Of a DNA stretch of 64,000 nt, positions 1 through 10,188 are shown in pieces; position 1 is the stretch's first letter; every line of letters starts with the position of its first letter. The notes beneath the pieces are model-generated. The model ran no database searches and was not told the origin of the DNA. It saw only the letters and a list, made by a program, of their open reading frames with translations. Both the position numbers and the translations under genes were made by a program. Source of the DNA: a bacterium (GTDB taxonomy: Bacteria > Chlamydiota > Chlamydiia > Chlamydiales > SM23-39); the NCBI GenBank assembly GCA_021809325.1, contig JAKBAE010000001.1, positions 20,397 to 84,396 on the forward strand. Direction: 5' to 3'.

Positions 1-168
1 AGGACCGGTATACCACGGGTTGAACATGTCAAGCGCTTTGTTATAGAGCTTTTCATCTTCTTCCAGCTCAAGCTGAATTTCTTGAGGAGTCTTGATCGGC
101 TCCGGATTTTGCTGGGCGAAAAGGATTGCCGGGCTCAGCGCAAGGAGTAGGAGTGTATGCTTATTCAT
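1..168 (-). CDS. 5' end of a gene for a secreted protein; ORF runs off the left edge of the window
   Basis: ATG at 168 (CAT 166-168 on + strand) opens MNKHTLLLLALSPAILFAQQNPEPIKTPQEIQLELEEDEKLYNKALDMFNPWYTGP with no stop before position 1. The hydrophobic core followed by AQQ looks like a Sec signal peptide. Absent from the ORF track because it is short and open-ended. Confidence 0.4.
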   Translation of the reverse strand, partial: MNKHTLLLLALSPAILFAQQNPEPIKTPQEIQLELEEDEKLYNKALDMFNPWYTGP

Positions 169-231
169 CATTTTCTTTATTTAATTTTTGTCTGATTTCT
201 GACAACAAGAGAATAAAAGCTGGAGGGTGAT

Positions 232-567
232 ATGTCAGTTGAGGGTCCTGGAGCGGGTCTGCCGCCGCTCACTTCGGGAGATAGAAAAGCGTACACGGAA
301 GAATATATGCATGGGTTGGATCTTTTCGGCCGAGCTCTTGAGCAGTGCACGAAATCCCAGAACATGCATCAACAAGAAGCGTTTAAACATGTGATGGGAC
401 GCGCTTTGCAAGTGCTCAATGAGACGGCCCGCGGTCTTAGGCGCGACGATCTTTTGCAGCAAAACGATAAGATCGCGCAAGACTTCCAAGCCTACGGCGA
501 GAGAAAAGACTCCCTCGGCGAACGGGTGCTTATGGAAGATCTTGAGCAGGCAAGAAAGAAGCTTTAG
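232..567 (+). CDS. hypothetical small helical protein (111 aa)
   Basis: Clean ORF in an otherwise gene-free gap. Charged, helix-prone composition. No motif I recognise. Confidence 0.4.
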   Translation: MSVEGPGAGLPPLTSGDRKAYTEEYMHGLDLFGRALEQCTKSQNMHQQEAFKHVMGRALQVLNETARGLRRDDLLQQNDKIAQDFQAYGERKDSLGERVLMEDLEQARKKL

Positions 568-574
568 TACCTAC

Positions 575-1771
575 TCATCCAGGGTTGGATGGAGTAAATC
601 CCCCTCTCCGATTCGCAGGCCTCGTATAGGAACGGGTTGATGTTGTGGCAGAGCTTGTCAAAGTCAAAAGGCACGAATAAGGATCTGTCCCGCTTGTCCA
701 AGTCAAAACGATTGGGTTTCCCCCTGACGAGGCGATGCCGACTAGTGGGCCATTAAATGCAGTAGACAAATTGGTGGCAAACTGAACCGGGGTGCTCCAG
801 GTCCTGTCGGCGACGTTGAAGGCGCTGACTTGCCCGTTATTGCTAGAATCCTGCCAGGCAGCGATATATCCGCCGGACGCTTCGCCAAGCGCGATCGCTG
901 CACCAATACTCGCATTGATGCCTGTAGCAAATTGTTGCGGCGCACTCCAAGAGGTTCCTGTCGTCGAAAAGCTATAATAGCCATTTCCTGCCAAATCGAC
1001 CCAAGCGGCCATAAATCCTTGATTTGTCGCACTGACTGTGACTTCCGAGTAGGCTGTATTGTTTGTGGTCAGTTGATGAGCAGTCCAGCTAATATAAGGA
1101 GAGGTGTTAGATAGGCTTGCAAATGCATTATGGGAGTTGTCGGCCCATCCGGAGATAAAAGTAGTGCCGTAGCCTGAGACAGATGTTGTGTAGGACGGGA
1201 TTGCGCCCGAACTATTATCGACTAGCGAATAGGCACTCCAGGACAGGCCATCCGCAGAGAAGGATGAGTAAGAATGGTTGGGGTTGGTCGCCCCGATAGA
1301 TACGGTAAAAGCCGCTAGAAATCCGGCGTTATTTGCAGCGGCCGATACATAGCTTCCCACTCCCAAATCTGTTATGTTTGTTAAAGTTTGCGGGAGCCTC
1401 CAAAGAACCCCATCGGTCGAAAAACTAACGGCAGGAAAGTTAGCTCCTCCAATAAAGGATGAGTTAAACCAAGAGACTACGAATCCCGAAGGTCCTGAGC
1501 AAATCGAAGGGTTGAAAAGAGCCGTTGTAGTGATCGCCGATATTGTATTAAGCATCCAGCTTACGCCATCAATCGAGGGGCTTTGCATGATTGCTTCCAT
1601 GGTGTCGACCCAGATTGATAGGTATTCGCTGCTGGATTTGGCTACAGCAGTTGTAGAGTTGAGTGGAGTTGAGTGGGGAATCAGCTGCGGGGCTCCGACA
1701 TTTATCGTTGTGCTGGCAAAACCGACCAAGGGAATTAAAATTGAGGCTAGGGTTCGTGTAAGGTGAGACAT
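575..1771 (-). CDS. secreted repeat protein, probable beta-propeller (degenerate ~45-aa Ser/Trp-rich blades)
   Basis: Preferred start is the ATG at 1771, preceded by AAAGGAG. It gives MSHLTRTLASILIPLVGFAST, a signal-like N-terminus. Recurrent blades include GFMAAWVD..YYSFSTTGTSWSAPQQF, GYIAAWQD..VSAFNVADRTWSTPVQF, GFLAAFT..YSSFSADGLSWSAYSL and GFVVSWFN..AVSFSTDGVLWRLPQTL. Confidence 0.6.
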   Translation of the reverse strand: MSHLTRTLASILIPLVGFASTTINVGAPQLIPHSTPLNSTTAVAKSSSEYLSIWVDTMEAIMQSPSIDGVSWMLNTISAITTTALFNPSICSGPSGFVVSWFNSSFIGGANFPAVSFSTDGVLWRLPQTLTNITDLGVGSYVSAAANNAGFLAAFTVSIGATNPNHSYSSFSADGLSWSAYSLVDNSSGAIPSYTTSVSGYGTTFISGWADNSHNAFASLSNTSPYISWTAHQLTTNNTAYSEVTVSATNQGFMAAWVDLAGNGYYSFSTTGTSWSAPQQFATGINASIGAAIALGEASGGYIAAWQDSSNNGQVSAFNVADRTWSTPVQFATNLSTAFNGPLVGIASSGGNPIVLTWTSGTDPYSCLLTLTSSATTSTRSYTRPANRRGGFTPSNPG

Positions 1772-1839
1772 GAAGCGCTCCTTTGATTTTTTAAGCCGAG
1801 GAATGTACACTATTTTCTTAAAAATAGGTAAAGATTTTT

Positions 1840-2571
1840 ATGGTCTTAGATCAAGGGCCTCTTCCGCCCCATGCAGCGATTGAGTATTTGGCTGAAAGCC
1901 GTTACGGATTTTCATGGGTCGATCTAGGTGTGTCTTTGCAAGAGATGGAGGATTTTGATCTGATTGAGGTTCGAAATCCGGGAGATTTCAACCGATGCAA
2001 AGATTTAGAGACGATGGAGAGCGATTTAATTGCTTTTCTTGATGAAGTGGGAGTTGCCGATCCGGATATCCTCCAGCGCGCGGCAGCGCGCATCTATAAG
2101 ATTGCCCATTCGATCTTGCGGGCGTCAAATCGAGAGACGGCGTGGATTTGGCTGCGAGCTACGCCTCCAAAGGAAGAAGCGCTTTTGCCGAACTGGCATT
2201 TCGATGCCGGGTTCTATCCAAGCCAAAATGGAGAGGCGCAATACAAATTTGTCATGACTCTCATCGGCCCTTCTACCCATTTTTACCCGATCCCGAAAGA
2301 AGAGATGGCTCTTCGCCAATCTCTTTGGCATCGGATCTCCGATCAAAACCGTATAGTGCCACTACTCGACCCGGAAGCGATTTGGATTCCCCCAAGAGGG
2401 ACGGGCGTTGTTTTTCTAAACCGTTTTCGGGAGGGCGCCTTTCATACGGAGCCCTTTTCAAAGCATCAAGGACGCCTCTTTTTTTCCATCGTCCTTTGCA
2501 GCCATGAAGAAATGCGGATCGTGGAAAGGAGGGTCCAAGAAACTTTTAGCACTCTGAAAAAAAAACCTTAA
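1840..2571 (+). CDS. hypothetical protein with an HxD...H motif (possible cupin / Fe(II)-2OG-oxygenase-like fold)
   Basis: 243-aa ORF containing WHFDAGFYP ... GPSTHFYP ... GAFHTEP. The fold assignment comes only from this motif pattern. Confidence 0.45.
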   Translation: MVLDQGPLPPHAAIEYLAESRYGFSWVDLGVSLQEMEDFDLIEVRNPGDFNRCKDLETMESDLIAFLDEVGVADPDILQRAAARIYKIAHSILRASNRETAWIWLRATPPKEEALLPNWHFDAGFYPSQNGEAQYKFVMTLIGPSTHFYPIPKEEMALRQSLWHRISDQNRIVPLLDPEAIWIPPRGTGVVFLNRFREGAFHTEPFSKHQGRLFFSIVLCSHEEMRIVERRVQETFSTLKKKP

Positions 2572-3706
2572 TCTTCTCTAGAAAGGATTTTCTTTGAGGT
2601 TGGTTCTGCGGTGCCTCATTCTCCGCAAGCTGGCGGAGAAGCTCTTTTTGCTTTTCGCTAAGCTTAACGGGGGTTTCTACATTGACCTTCACGAGAAGAT
2701 CGCCGCTTCCTCGGCCATGGACATTGGGAAAGCCTTTGCCGCTGGCGCGGAGGATTTTTCCGCTTTGCACGCCTTCAGGAATTGTCAGCCGCACCGTCTC
2801 TCCTAAAGGAGTGGGAAGCTCTTTTTTGCAGCCAAGGGCCGCTTCTGTAAAGCTGATCGGCGTATCGAGCAGCACATCATCGCCTTGCCGGATAAATACA
2901 TCGTGCGGCTCAACCGTTATCGCGACAAAGAGGTCGCCGGCGGGGCCGCCTGCTTCGCCTGCATCGCCATAGCCGTTCATCTTGAGCGTCATCCCGGAGT
3001 CGACGCCGGGGGGGATACGGATCTTGATCCTTTGCTTGTCCTTGACCCTTCCTGCGCCATTGCAATCCTTGCAAGGGTCGGTGATCACTTGCCCTACTCC
3101 CTGGCAGTGGGGGCAGGTGCTTGTCATGCTGAAAAAGCCGCGGTTTTGAAAGATTTGCCCCTTGCCTTGGCAAGCGCCGCAGCCTTTGATCCCCGTTTTC
3201 GATTTCGCGCCGCTTCCCGAGCAGCTCTCGCAAGTGATGTAATTGACGATCGCAAGATCTTTTTCAACCCCTCGCGCCGCCTCTTCGAACGAAACGGTGA
3301 TGCTGACTTTTTTGCTGGCCCCTTTGCGCGCCGTCTCGCCGCCGCCTTCGAACCCGCCTCCGCCAAAAAAAGAGTCGAAGATGGAGCCGCCGCCGCCGCC
3401 TCCAAAAGCGCCCATGAAGGTGCGAAGCGCTTCTTCCATCGAGGAAAAGCCCCCGGGATGAAAGCCTCCGCCTCCCATTCCTCCGCCCTTCAGCCCCTCT
3501 TCTCCATACTGGTCGTAGATTCTGCGGCGGTTTTCGTCGGAAAGAGCCTCGTAGGCTTCGGATATGGCTTTGAAGTCTTTTTCGGCTTGTGCGTCGCCGG
3601 GATTGCGGTCGGGATGGCACTCGAGCGCTTTTTTGCGGTATGCTTTTTTAATTTCATCCGCTGAAGCGTCTCGAGAAATTCCTAAAGTTGTATAGTAATC
3701 TTTCAT
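2546..3706 (-). CDS. dnaJ: molecular chaperone DnaJ
   Basis: J domain ([36 protein letters not shown]). Gly/Phe-rich linker. Four CxxCxGxG zinc-finger repeats ([32 protein letters not shown]). C-terminal substrate-binding domains. Confidence 0.97.
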   Translation of the reverse strand: MKDYYTTLGISRDASADEIKKAYRKKALECHPDRNPGDAQAEKDFKAISEAYEALSDENRRRIYDQYGEEGLKGGGMGGGGFHPGGFSSMEEALRTFMGAFGGGGGGSIFDSFFGGGGFEGGGETARKGASKKVSITVSFEEAARGVEKDLAIVNYITCESCSGSGAKSKTGIKGCGACQGKGQIFQNRGFFSMTSTCPHCQGVGQVITDPCKDCNGAGRVKDKQRIKIRIPPGVDSGMTLKMNGYGDAGEAGGPAGDLFVAITVEPHDVFIRQGDDVLLDTPISFTEAALGCKKELPTPLGETVRLTIPEGVQSGKILRASGKGFPNVHGRGSGDLLVKVNVETPVKLSEKQKELLRQLAENEAPQNQPQRKSFLEKIKVFFSEC

Positions 3707-3772
3707 AATTATAACAATTTGTTGAGTCTATCTCAGACTATAACAAAGTCGGAAAAATGGCTCAAGCAAAAA

Positions 3773-3799
3773 TTAGCAGAAAACAAAAGGGAGTGCTAA
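3773..3799. promoter_or_regulatory. CIRCE-like inverted repeat (possible HrcA operator) upstream of dnaJ
   Basis: TTAGCAgaa-N9-GAGTGCTAA compared with the consensus TTAGCACTC-N9-GAGTGCTAA. One half-site is perfect; the other matches 6/9. The spacing is exactly 9 nt. Lies between the rpsU stop and the dnaJ start. Confidence 0.35.
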
Positions 3800-3990
3800 T
3801 ACCCGCGCCGGATTGCTGTTTTCGTTCGCTTGGTCGCAGCTTTTGATTTCAGGCGGCTCTTGACCGAGGGTTTATCGTAGAACCGGTGAGCTTTTGCAGC
3901 TTTCATGATTCCTTCTTTATCGAGTTTTTTCTTGAGTGCGCGAAGGGCCTTGTCAATAGGCTCGCCGATACGGACTTTTACGCTGGGCAT
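3796..3990 (-). CDS. rpsU: 30S ribosomal protein S21
   Basis: 64-aa, very basic: [40 protein letters not shown]. This is the typical S21 sequence and size. Confidence 0.93.
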   Translation of the reverse strand: MPSVKVRIGEPIDKALRALKKKLDKEGIMKAAKAHRFYDKPSVKSRLKSKAATKRTKTAIRRGY

Positions 3991-4071
3991 TTCCTACCTT
4001 GGTTGTTTTAAGTGATCTTCTCTTGTCCAAGCACGCTGCTGGGGCAAGAATGGATTCTATTTTAGAGTATT

Positions 4072-4650
4072 TTACAGCTTTCCATCAAGATAAGCAAGCG
4101 GGAAGGGGGCAAGAGGGCATTTGCCTTCCTCGAGAGAGAGGCCGGAAAGGAGGGCGCCGTTCGGCTTTGCCTCATGAATTTTTCGAGAAAGGCGCTTCTC
4201 GATTTGGGCGCTGTGGGGCGAAAAGAGGGTGTAGCCTTCTAAGAGGGCAGACGCCTTCTCAATGGGGAGCAGCTCAGGGCCCGGCGCATCGCTTCTTTGG
4301 CAATAGAGGCCTCCCATCCTGGCATCGGCGAGAATGGCAAATGGGGTTTCGGATGAGGAGGGAGGTATAAAGCTGAGAAGGCTTGGGAAGCCGAGAAGGG
4401 GGATGTTCCAGCCGTAGGCGAGGGCTTTGGCGATCGCAACCCCGACCCGAATACCGGTGAAGGAACCGGGTCCGGTCCCGACGGCAAGAAGGCTCGGGCG
4501 GCGGCCTTGCAGGAATTTCTTGATATGGGCGCCGAGTTCTTTTGAAAGTTTTTCTCCTCCCTCCAAGAGGAGGAGATCGATTGCCTTTCCTTCCTTAGCC
4601 CAAAGGAGAAAAGGGCGGTTGCTGCTGGTGTCGAGAATTAAGCTTTCCAT
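4072..4650 (-). CDS. tsaB: tRNA threonylcarbamoyladenosine biosynthesis protein TsaB (YeaZ-like)
   Basis: ILDTSS... start and the GTGPGSFTGIRVGVAIAKALAYGWNIPLLGF core. Start moved to the ATG at 4650 (MESLILDTS). Sits between rpsU and lon as in Chlamydia. Confidence 0.85.
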   Translation of the reverse strand: MESLILDTSSNRPFLLWAKEGKAIDLLLLEGGEKLSKELGAHIKKFLQGRRPSLLAVGTGPGSFTGIRVGVAIAKALAYGWNIPLLGFPSLLSFIPPSSSETPFAILADARMGGLYCQRSDAPGPELLPIEKASALLEGYTLFSPHSAQIEKRLSRKIHEAKPNGALLSGLSLEEGKCPLAPFPLAYLDGKL

Positions 4651-4792
4651 GGCCAAAGAGTATACGTAGATTGCCTGATTTTGCACAGGATGGTAAAGTC
4701 TTTACCTTATGCGGAAGTGGCATATCCTTATCTTTGACTCTATATCGCTATCAGAGTAATAACCAGATAAAGGCACCGAAAAAAGAGAGAGC

Positions 4793-7330
4793 ATGAACGA
4801 CGAAGACAAGCCGTTGGAAGAAATTCAGAATCAGAATGAAAATGAGGCTCCGGAGGAGGCAGAAGAAATCCTTCTTCCGAAAAAACAAGAGAAAGCATTG
4901 GTTTCAGGCCAGTCCCATCCAGACAAACTTTTTTTGCTTCCCTTGAACCGAAGGCCCTTTTTTCCGGGCATGGCGGCCCCGATCGTCATTGAGCCGGGCG
5001 CCTATTACGAAGTTTTGAAAACGGTCGCCAAGACGGAACATAAATGCCTCGGCCTGTTCTTGACCCACAAGGAAGATGCGAATATTTATAAGCTTGGGAT
5101 CGGCGATCTCTTCCAAGTCGGCGTTGTGGCACGCATTTTGCGCATCATCCCGATCGAGCAAGGAGGAGCGCAGGTCGTCCTCAATATGGAAAAACGGGTT
5201 GTCATCGACAAGCCCATCAAAGGGAAATACCTTAGCGCTAAAGTTCACTATCAGGACGATCCGCCGGTGGAAAGCCTTTCCAAAGAGCTAAAGGCCTATT
5301 CGATCAGTATCATTACGACGATCAAACAGCTCTTAAACCTCAACCCTCTCTTTAAGGAAGAGCTGCAAATTTTCCTTGGCCACTCCGATTTTACAGAGCC
5401 CGGACGGCTCGCCGACTTTGCCGTGGCGCTGACCACTGCTACGCGAGAAGAGCTGCAGGAGGTCCTCGAGACGTTCGACATCCAGGCCCGGATCGACAAG
5501 GCGCTGATGCTGCTGAAAAAAGAGCTCGACATCAGCAAGCTGCAGAGCACGATCAACCAAAGGATCGAGGCGACGATCTCCAAGACGCAGCGGGAGTTTT
5601 TTCTCCGCGAGCAGCTCAAGGCGATCAAAAAAGAGCTCGGCATGGAAAAAGACGACAAGACCGTCGAAGCCGAGAAATTTGAAGAGCGGCTCAAAGAGCG
5701 CAAGGTGCCGGACGAGGTGATGAAGGTCATCCGCGAGGAGCAGGACAAGCTTGCGACTTTGGAGATCCAATCGGCCGAATACGGCGTCTGCCGCAACTAC
5801 CTCGATTGGCTGACGATTGTCCCTTGGGGGATTTTCAGCCAGGAGACCCACGATTTGCGCAAAGCGGAAAAAGTGCTCGAAGAAGATCACTACGGCTTAA
5901 AAGACATCAAGGAGCGGATCCTCGAATTCATCGGGGTTGGCAAGCTGACCGGAGGGGTGAAGGGGAGTATTATTTGCCTCGTAGGGCCTCCTGGTGTTGG
6001 GAAGACCAGCATTGGCAAGAGCGTGGCCCGTGCGCTCAACCGAAAGTTTTTCCGCTTTTCCGTCGGCGGCATGCGCGACGAGGCAGAGATCAAAGGACAC
6101 AGGCGTACCTATATCGGCGCCATGCCCGGAAAGATGATCCAAGCGCTAAAGTCGGCGCAGACGATGAATCCGGTCATCATGATCGACGAGGTGGACAAGA
6201 TGGGGATGAGCTATCAGGGCGATCCCGCATCGGCCCTGCTCGAAGTGCTCGATCCGGAGCAAAACCGCGATTTCCACGACCACTATCTCGATGTGGGAGC
6301 GGATCTGTCAAACACCCTCTTCATCCTCACGGCCAACGTGATCGATACGATCCCGGAGCCGCTTAAAGACCGGATGGAGATCTTGCGCCTTTCGGGCTAT
6401 ATCCAGGCCGAAAAAATTGAAATTGCGCACAAATATCTCGTGCCCCGAAACCGTAAGAATATGGGGCTCAAGGCAAGCGACATTGTTTTTACCAAGGGAG
6501 CCCTTGCCCAGATCATCAACGGCTACGCCCGGGAAGCGGGAGTCCGTTCGTTGGAAAACAACATTAAAAAGGTGCTGCGCAAAGTTGCGGTGAAATACGC
6601 GCGCCTCTCCGATGAAAAGAGAGCGTCGCATCCGAAGACGGTGGTTTCGGAAACTTCTTTAAAGGAGTATCTTGGCAAGCCGATCTTCTTGAGCGACTGC
6701 TTTTATACCAAGATGCCGGTCGGCGTCTCGACGGGGCTGGCTTGGACCTCGCTCGGCGGTGCGACGCTCTATATTGAAGCGGTCCGCTATCCGGCTGAAA
6801 AAACCGAAATGAAGCTTACAGGACAAGCTGGCGATGTGATGAAGGAATCAGCGCAAATCGCTTGGACTTATGTGCATAGCCGCAGCCATGACTATGCGCC
6901 CGAGATCCCGTTTTTTGAAAAATCGCAGGTTCATATCCATATTCCGGAAGGGGCGACGCCGAAAGACGGCCCTTCAGCCGGCATCACGATGGTGACGGCC
7001 CTCTTGTCGCTTCTCATGAACCGGCCGGTACGCGAAAATCTCGGTATGACCGGCGAGCTGACGCTGACAGGCAGGGTGCTGCCGATCGGCGGCTTGAAAG
7101 AAAAGCTGATCGCTGCACGGAGATCTAAGCTTACGACGCTGATTTTCCCGAAAGAAAATCTGCGCGACTACGACGAGCTGCCTGACTATTTGAAAAAGGG
7201 GCTCGATGTTCATTTCGTTGAAGATTACGACGAAGTGTTTCCGATAGCATTTCCTCATGAGAAAAGACATGTTTCACCCAAAAAGCACGCCGTGGCTCGA
7301 AAAAAAGTTCATCGAGCCAAAAAATCTTGA
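4793..7330 (+). CDS. lon: ATP-dependent Lon protease
   Basis: N-terminal LON domain. AAA+ Walker A (GPPGVGKTSIG) and Walker B (IMIDEVDK). C-terminal protease domain with PKDGPSAGITMVTAL (catalytic Ser). Confidence 0.97.
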   Translation: MNDEDKPLEEIQNQNENEAPEEAEEILLPKKQEKALVSGQSHPDKLFLLPLNRRPFFPGMAAPIVIEPGAYYEVLKTVAKTEHKCLGLFLTHKEDANIYKLGIGDLFQVGVVARILRIIPIEQGGAQVVLNMEKRVVIDKPIKGKYLSAKVHYQDDPPVESLSKELKAYSISIITTIKQLLNLNPLFKEELQIFLGHSDFTEPGRLADFAVALTTATREELQEVLETFDIQARIDKALMLLKKELDISKLQSTINQRIEATISKTQREFFLREQLKAIKKELGMEKDDKTVEAEKFEERLKERKVPDEVMKVIREEQDKLATLEIQSAEYGVCRNYLDWLTIVPWGIFSQETHDLRKAEKVLEEDHYGLKDIKERILEFIGVGKLTGGVKGSIICLVGPPGVGKTSIGKSVARALNRKFFRFSVGGMRDEAEIKGHRRTYIGAMPGKMIQALKSAQTMNPVIMIDEVDKMGMSYQGDPASALLEVLDPEQNRDFHDHYLDVGADLSNTLFILTANVIDTIPEPLKDRMEILRLSGYIQAEKIEIAHKYLVPRNRKNMGLKASDIVFTKGALAQIINGYAREAGVRSLENNIKKVLRKVAVKYARLSDEKRASHPKTVVSETSLKEYLGKPIFLSDCFYTKMPVGVSTGLAWTSLGGATLYIEAVRYPAEKTEMKLTGQAGDVMKESAQIAWTYVHSRSHDYAPEIPFFEKSQVHIHIPEGATPKDGPSAGITMVTALLSLLMNRPVRENLGMTGELTLTGRVLPIGGLKEKLIAARRSKLTTLIFPKENLRDYDELPDYLKKGLDVHFVEDYDEVFPIAFPHEKRHVSPKKHAVARKKVHRAKKS

Positions 7331-7769
7331 AGCGGTTGTTAGTTCGATCCGCAAAGAGGGGCAAACGATTGCAACTCTCAACGGTTCGTTCGACTTGCTC
7401 CATGCAGGGCATCTCTATATGTTGCACCAGGCATCGCTGCAGGCGGACAAACTGATTGTGCTCCTCAATAGCGACGATTCGATCCGCCGCTATAAGAATC
7501 CGCTTAGGCCCATTGTCACGCTGCAATACCGGCTGGAGTTGATCTCCGCCCTTGAGTTTGTCCATTTCGTTTCCTATTTTGAAGAGACCGATCCTTGCAG
7601 CGTATTGGAGCGCATCGTTCCTGATGTGCATGTCAACGGGATCGAATACGGAAAGGATTGCATCGAAGCGAAAACCGTAGCGAAACTAGGCGCCCGGCTC
7701 CATCTCGTCGACCGGATCCCCTCGCTTGCCACAAGCACCCTTATCGAGAAGATCCGCCAATGCGTTTGA
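7257..7769 (+). CDS. cytidylyltransferase-fold nucleotidyltransferase (HldE/RfaE domain II-like)
   Basis: TLNGSFDLLHAGHLYMLHQA (the (T/H)xGH motif) followed by LNSDDSIRRYK..RP and a STSTLIEKI tail. The listed ATG overlaps the lon 3' end by 74 nt, so the true start is uncertain. Confidence 0.75.
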   Translation: MRKDMFHPKSTPWLEKKFIEPKNLEAVVSSIRKEGQTIATLNGSFDLLHAGHLYMLHQASLQADKLIVLLNSDDSIRRYKNPLRPIVTLQYRLELISALEFVHFVSYFEETDPCSVLERIVPDVHVNGIEYGKDCIEAKTVAKLGARLHLVDRIPSLATSTLIEKIRQCV

Positions 7770-8761
7770 TCGGCACAATTACCCAAGAAGAAAACGCACA
7801 GCGCTTCAGCGGCTATCTCTTGCAAAAGGGGATCGAAAACCGCTCGGAGGCCGGGCAGATCTGGGTTTCCGATGAAGACCGGCTTGCAGAGGCGGCAGAA
7901 GAGCTGAAGCGGTTTTTGGAAAATCCGGCAGATCCGCGCTACAATACACTCGCCCTCCCTCCCAAACCTGCTGAGGATGAGGAGGAAGAAGGTGAAGAGC
8001 CTCTTCTCAAGCCAAAGCAGCGACTAAAAGCGCCCGTTACCATGTTTTTCCTCGCTCTTTGCGTATTTCTCTACATGCTTAATTTTATGCAGGAGATGCA
8101 GCTCTCCAAGGAAGAAAAAGAATCGAAGGGCCTTGTGCTAACTCCTGTTCAAGAGGCGCTTCTTTTCGAAGTACCCCCAACTTCCCCTGAGACGCCCTAT
8201 TGGCAGGGACTCTACGATCTCGTTTCTTTGAAGCTCAAAGGAGAGAGCGCTGAGGAGGCGGAGGGGCCTCTCTTTGTCCAGATTCGCGAGGGAGAGATCT
8301 GGCGGTTTTTTACCCCATGCATCCTCCATCTCAACTTTTTGCATATCCTCTTCAACATGATTTGGCTTTGGATGTTGGGACGGCCCATTGAAGCGAGGAT
8401 CGGATCATGGCGCTTGCTCATCTTCACGGTCGTGGTCGGCGTTTTGACAAATACGGCGCAATACTTGATGAGCGGACCTCTTTTTCTCGGATTTTCCGGA
8501 ATTGTGATGGGATGGGCAGGCCTCATCTGGATGCGTGAAAAGGTGGCTCCTTGGGAAGGCTATCCATTGCAGCGAGCGACAATCCTATTTCTTGCGATCT
8601 TTATTTTCGGGATGCTCGGCATCCAAATCGTCTCCTTTATTTTAACGGTTTTTACACCGATCTCTTTTCCGGTCAGTATTGCAAATACGGCGCATATTGC
8701 AGGGCTTATCTTGGGGGCGCTTTTTGGCAGGACGCAATGGCTGGCTAGGAGAGTGCGATGA
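7760..8761 (+). CDS. rhomboid-family intramembrane serine protease
   Basis: Start moved to the ATG at 7760 ([11 protein letters not shown]), which overlaps the upstream stop. Soluble N-domain, then a multi-TM core with [23 protein letters not shown] (GxSG catalytic Ser) and AHIAGLILG (catalytic His). Confidence 0.8.
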   Translation: MRLIGTITQEENAQRFSGYLLQKGIENRSEAGQIWVSDEDRLAEAAEELKRFLENPADPRYNTLALPPKPAEDEEEEGEEPLLKPKQRLKAPVTMFFLALCVFLYMLNFMQEMQLSKEEKESKGLVLTPVQEALLFEVPPTSPETPYWQGLYDLVSLKLKGESAEEAEGPLFVQIREGEIWRFFTPCILHLNFLHILFNMIWLWMLGRPIEARIGSWRLLIFTVVVGVLTNTAQYLMSGPLFLGFSGIVMGWAGLIWMREKVAPWEGYPLQRATILFLAIFIFGMLGIQIVSFILTVFTPISFPVSIANTAHIAGLILGALFGRTQWLARRVR

Positions 8762-9666
8762 GCGTAAGAGATATTACGATCCTTGGATGTTCGAGCCAGC
8801 AGCCGACGCGCCACCGCAACCATGGCGCCTATCTGATCCGCTGGAATGACGAAGGGATTCTCATCGATCCGGGCGAGGGGACGCAGCGCCAATTTATCTT
8901 TGCCGAGATCGCACCGCCCGTTGTCACGCGGATCCTCATCAGCCACTTTCACGGAGATCATTGCCTCGGCGTCGGCTCGATGCTGATGCGGCTCAATCTC
9001 GATAAGGTCAAGCATCCAATCCATTGCTACTTTCCTGCAAGCGGGAAGAAGAACTTCGACTGCCTTCGCTACGGTTGCATTTATCGGGAAAATATCAAGG
9101 TCATCGAGCATCCGGTTAAAAAAGCGGGGCTTGTAGAAGACGACGGGAAATTTAGGATCGAAGCGGCCTTTTTGCAGCATGGAGTCGAAAACATCGGCTG
9201 GCGTATTACCGAGCCCGATACCATCAAGTTTGATCGCGAAGCCTTAAAGCGATTTGGCATTGACGGGCCGAATGTCCGAAAGCTGGAAAAAGAGGGCCGA
9301 CTTGAGATCGATGGCCGTCTTGTGGCGCTTGATGAAGTAAGCTATGTACGTCCGGGGGATGCGATTGCCTATATTGTCGACACCCGCCCTTGCAAAGAGG
9401 CAGTGGAGATTGCCCGCGGAGCCAAAGTGCTGATCTGCGAGAGTACCTATCTCGATAAAGATCGCAATCTTGCGCATGAATACATGCATATGACGGCGCT
9501 GCAGGCGGCGCACATCGCAAAAGAGGCCGGCGTGGAGCAGCTGATCTTGACCCACTTCTCAGCTCGTTACCGCGACCCTGAAGAATTAGGGGCGGAGGCG
9601 CGCACAGTCTTTCCAAATACCCACGTGGCGGAAGACTTAAAACGGTTTCCTTTTCCTAAATCATGA
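8758..9666 (+). CDS. rnz: ribonuclease Z (metallo-beta-lactamase fold)
   Basis: ITILGCSS..P...R motif, [10 protein letters not shown] and [11 protein letters not shown] (HxHxDH). ATGA overlap with the rhomboid gene. Confidence 0.85.
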   Translation: MSVRDITILGCSSQQPTRHRNHGAYLIRWNDEGILIDPGEGTQRQFIFAEIAPPVVTRILISHFHGDHCLGVGSMLMRLNLDKVKHPIHCYFPASGKKNFDCLRYGCIYRENIKVIEHPVKKAGLVEDDGKFRIEAAFLQHGVENIGWRITEPDTIKFDREALKRFGIDGPNVRKLEKEGRLEIDGRLVALDEVSYVRPGDAIAYIVDTRPCKEAVEIARGAKVLICESTYLDKDRNLAHEYMHMTALQAAHIAKEAGVEQLILTHFSARYRDPEELGAEARTVFPNTHVAEDLKRFPFPKS

Positions 9667-9757
9667 GCCTTTCAATTTCTTTAAACAGAAGATGCTTTAG
9701 GTATTTTAAGCACTCCTCTCCCAAGAGAGCCCCTCGCCGGACTGCAATGTATTTAGT

Positions 9758-9958
9758 TTAATTCTTTTTTGCATTCCATGTTTCAAAATCAACGCGGCCA
9801 TTTGTGATTTCAAAAAGGCGTTGAGCTGTGAAACGATGGGGCTTCGAGATGTTTTCAGATATGCGATAGACAGTTGAGATTGCAATTCCAGAAAGTTCAG
9901 AAAATTTTTCAAGTGTTAAGCGTTCTTCATCCAGGTATTTACGCAGAGGATTTTCCAT
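9758..9958 (-). CDS. small XRE/Cro-type helix-turn-helix protein
   Basis: 66 aa. LTLEKFSELSGIAISTVYRISE reads as a helix-turn-helix. Confidence 0.55.
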   Translation of the reverse strand: MENPLRKYLDEERLTLEKFSELSGIAISTVYRISENISKPHRFTAQRLFEITNGRVDFETWNAKKN

Positions 9959-10188
9959 TTTTTTTCATCTTTTCCTTGTGGAAATTCTTGGTGCTTTGCC
10001 ACGATAATAGCACCGCAAATGTGCAAAGGCAACGAGGAACGCTTAAGTGCTGGAGCTCGATAAGACTTCAAGATATTTTGTTGAAGACTACATTTTCTTG
10101 AGAGAGGCGAAGAAGTGCATTCTTTACAAGATGCACTTTGAGAAGAAACAGTATGAATATTGGAAAACCCTACCAATAGAATAGCGTT

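Noticed and set aside
2885..3664. 259-aa plus-strand ORF and several other 70-120 aa ORFs overlapping dnaJ
   Set aside because: They are antisense or out-of-frame to an unambiguous dnaJ. They arise from the GC-rich Gly/Phe-linker and zinc-finger region. Their composition is low-complexity (Ala/Arg/Gly-rich) and they have no motifs.
7257..7330. 74-nt overlap between the lon 3' end and the cytidylyltransferase gene, considered as possible programmed frameshift or fusion
   Set aside because: Both proteins are complete in their own frames, and there is no slippery sequence at the junction. An imprecise start-codon call for the downstream gene is more likely.
10112..10140. Hairpin AAGTGCAT-N10-ATGCACTT downstream of dsbB, considered as a terminator
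   Set aside because: No U-run follows on either strand and the stem is AT-rich and short. There is not enough evidence to call a terminator.
9916..10176. 86-aa minus-strand ORF upstream of the XRE-type gene, considered as a toxin/antitoxin partner
   Set aside because: It overlaps the HTH gene start out of frame. It is Ser/Cys/Lys-rich without motifs and has no RBS. There is no evidence for a TA pair.
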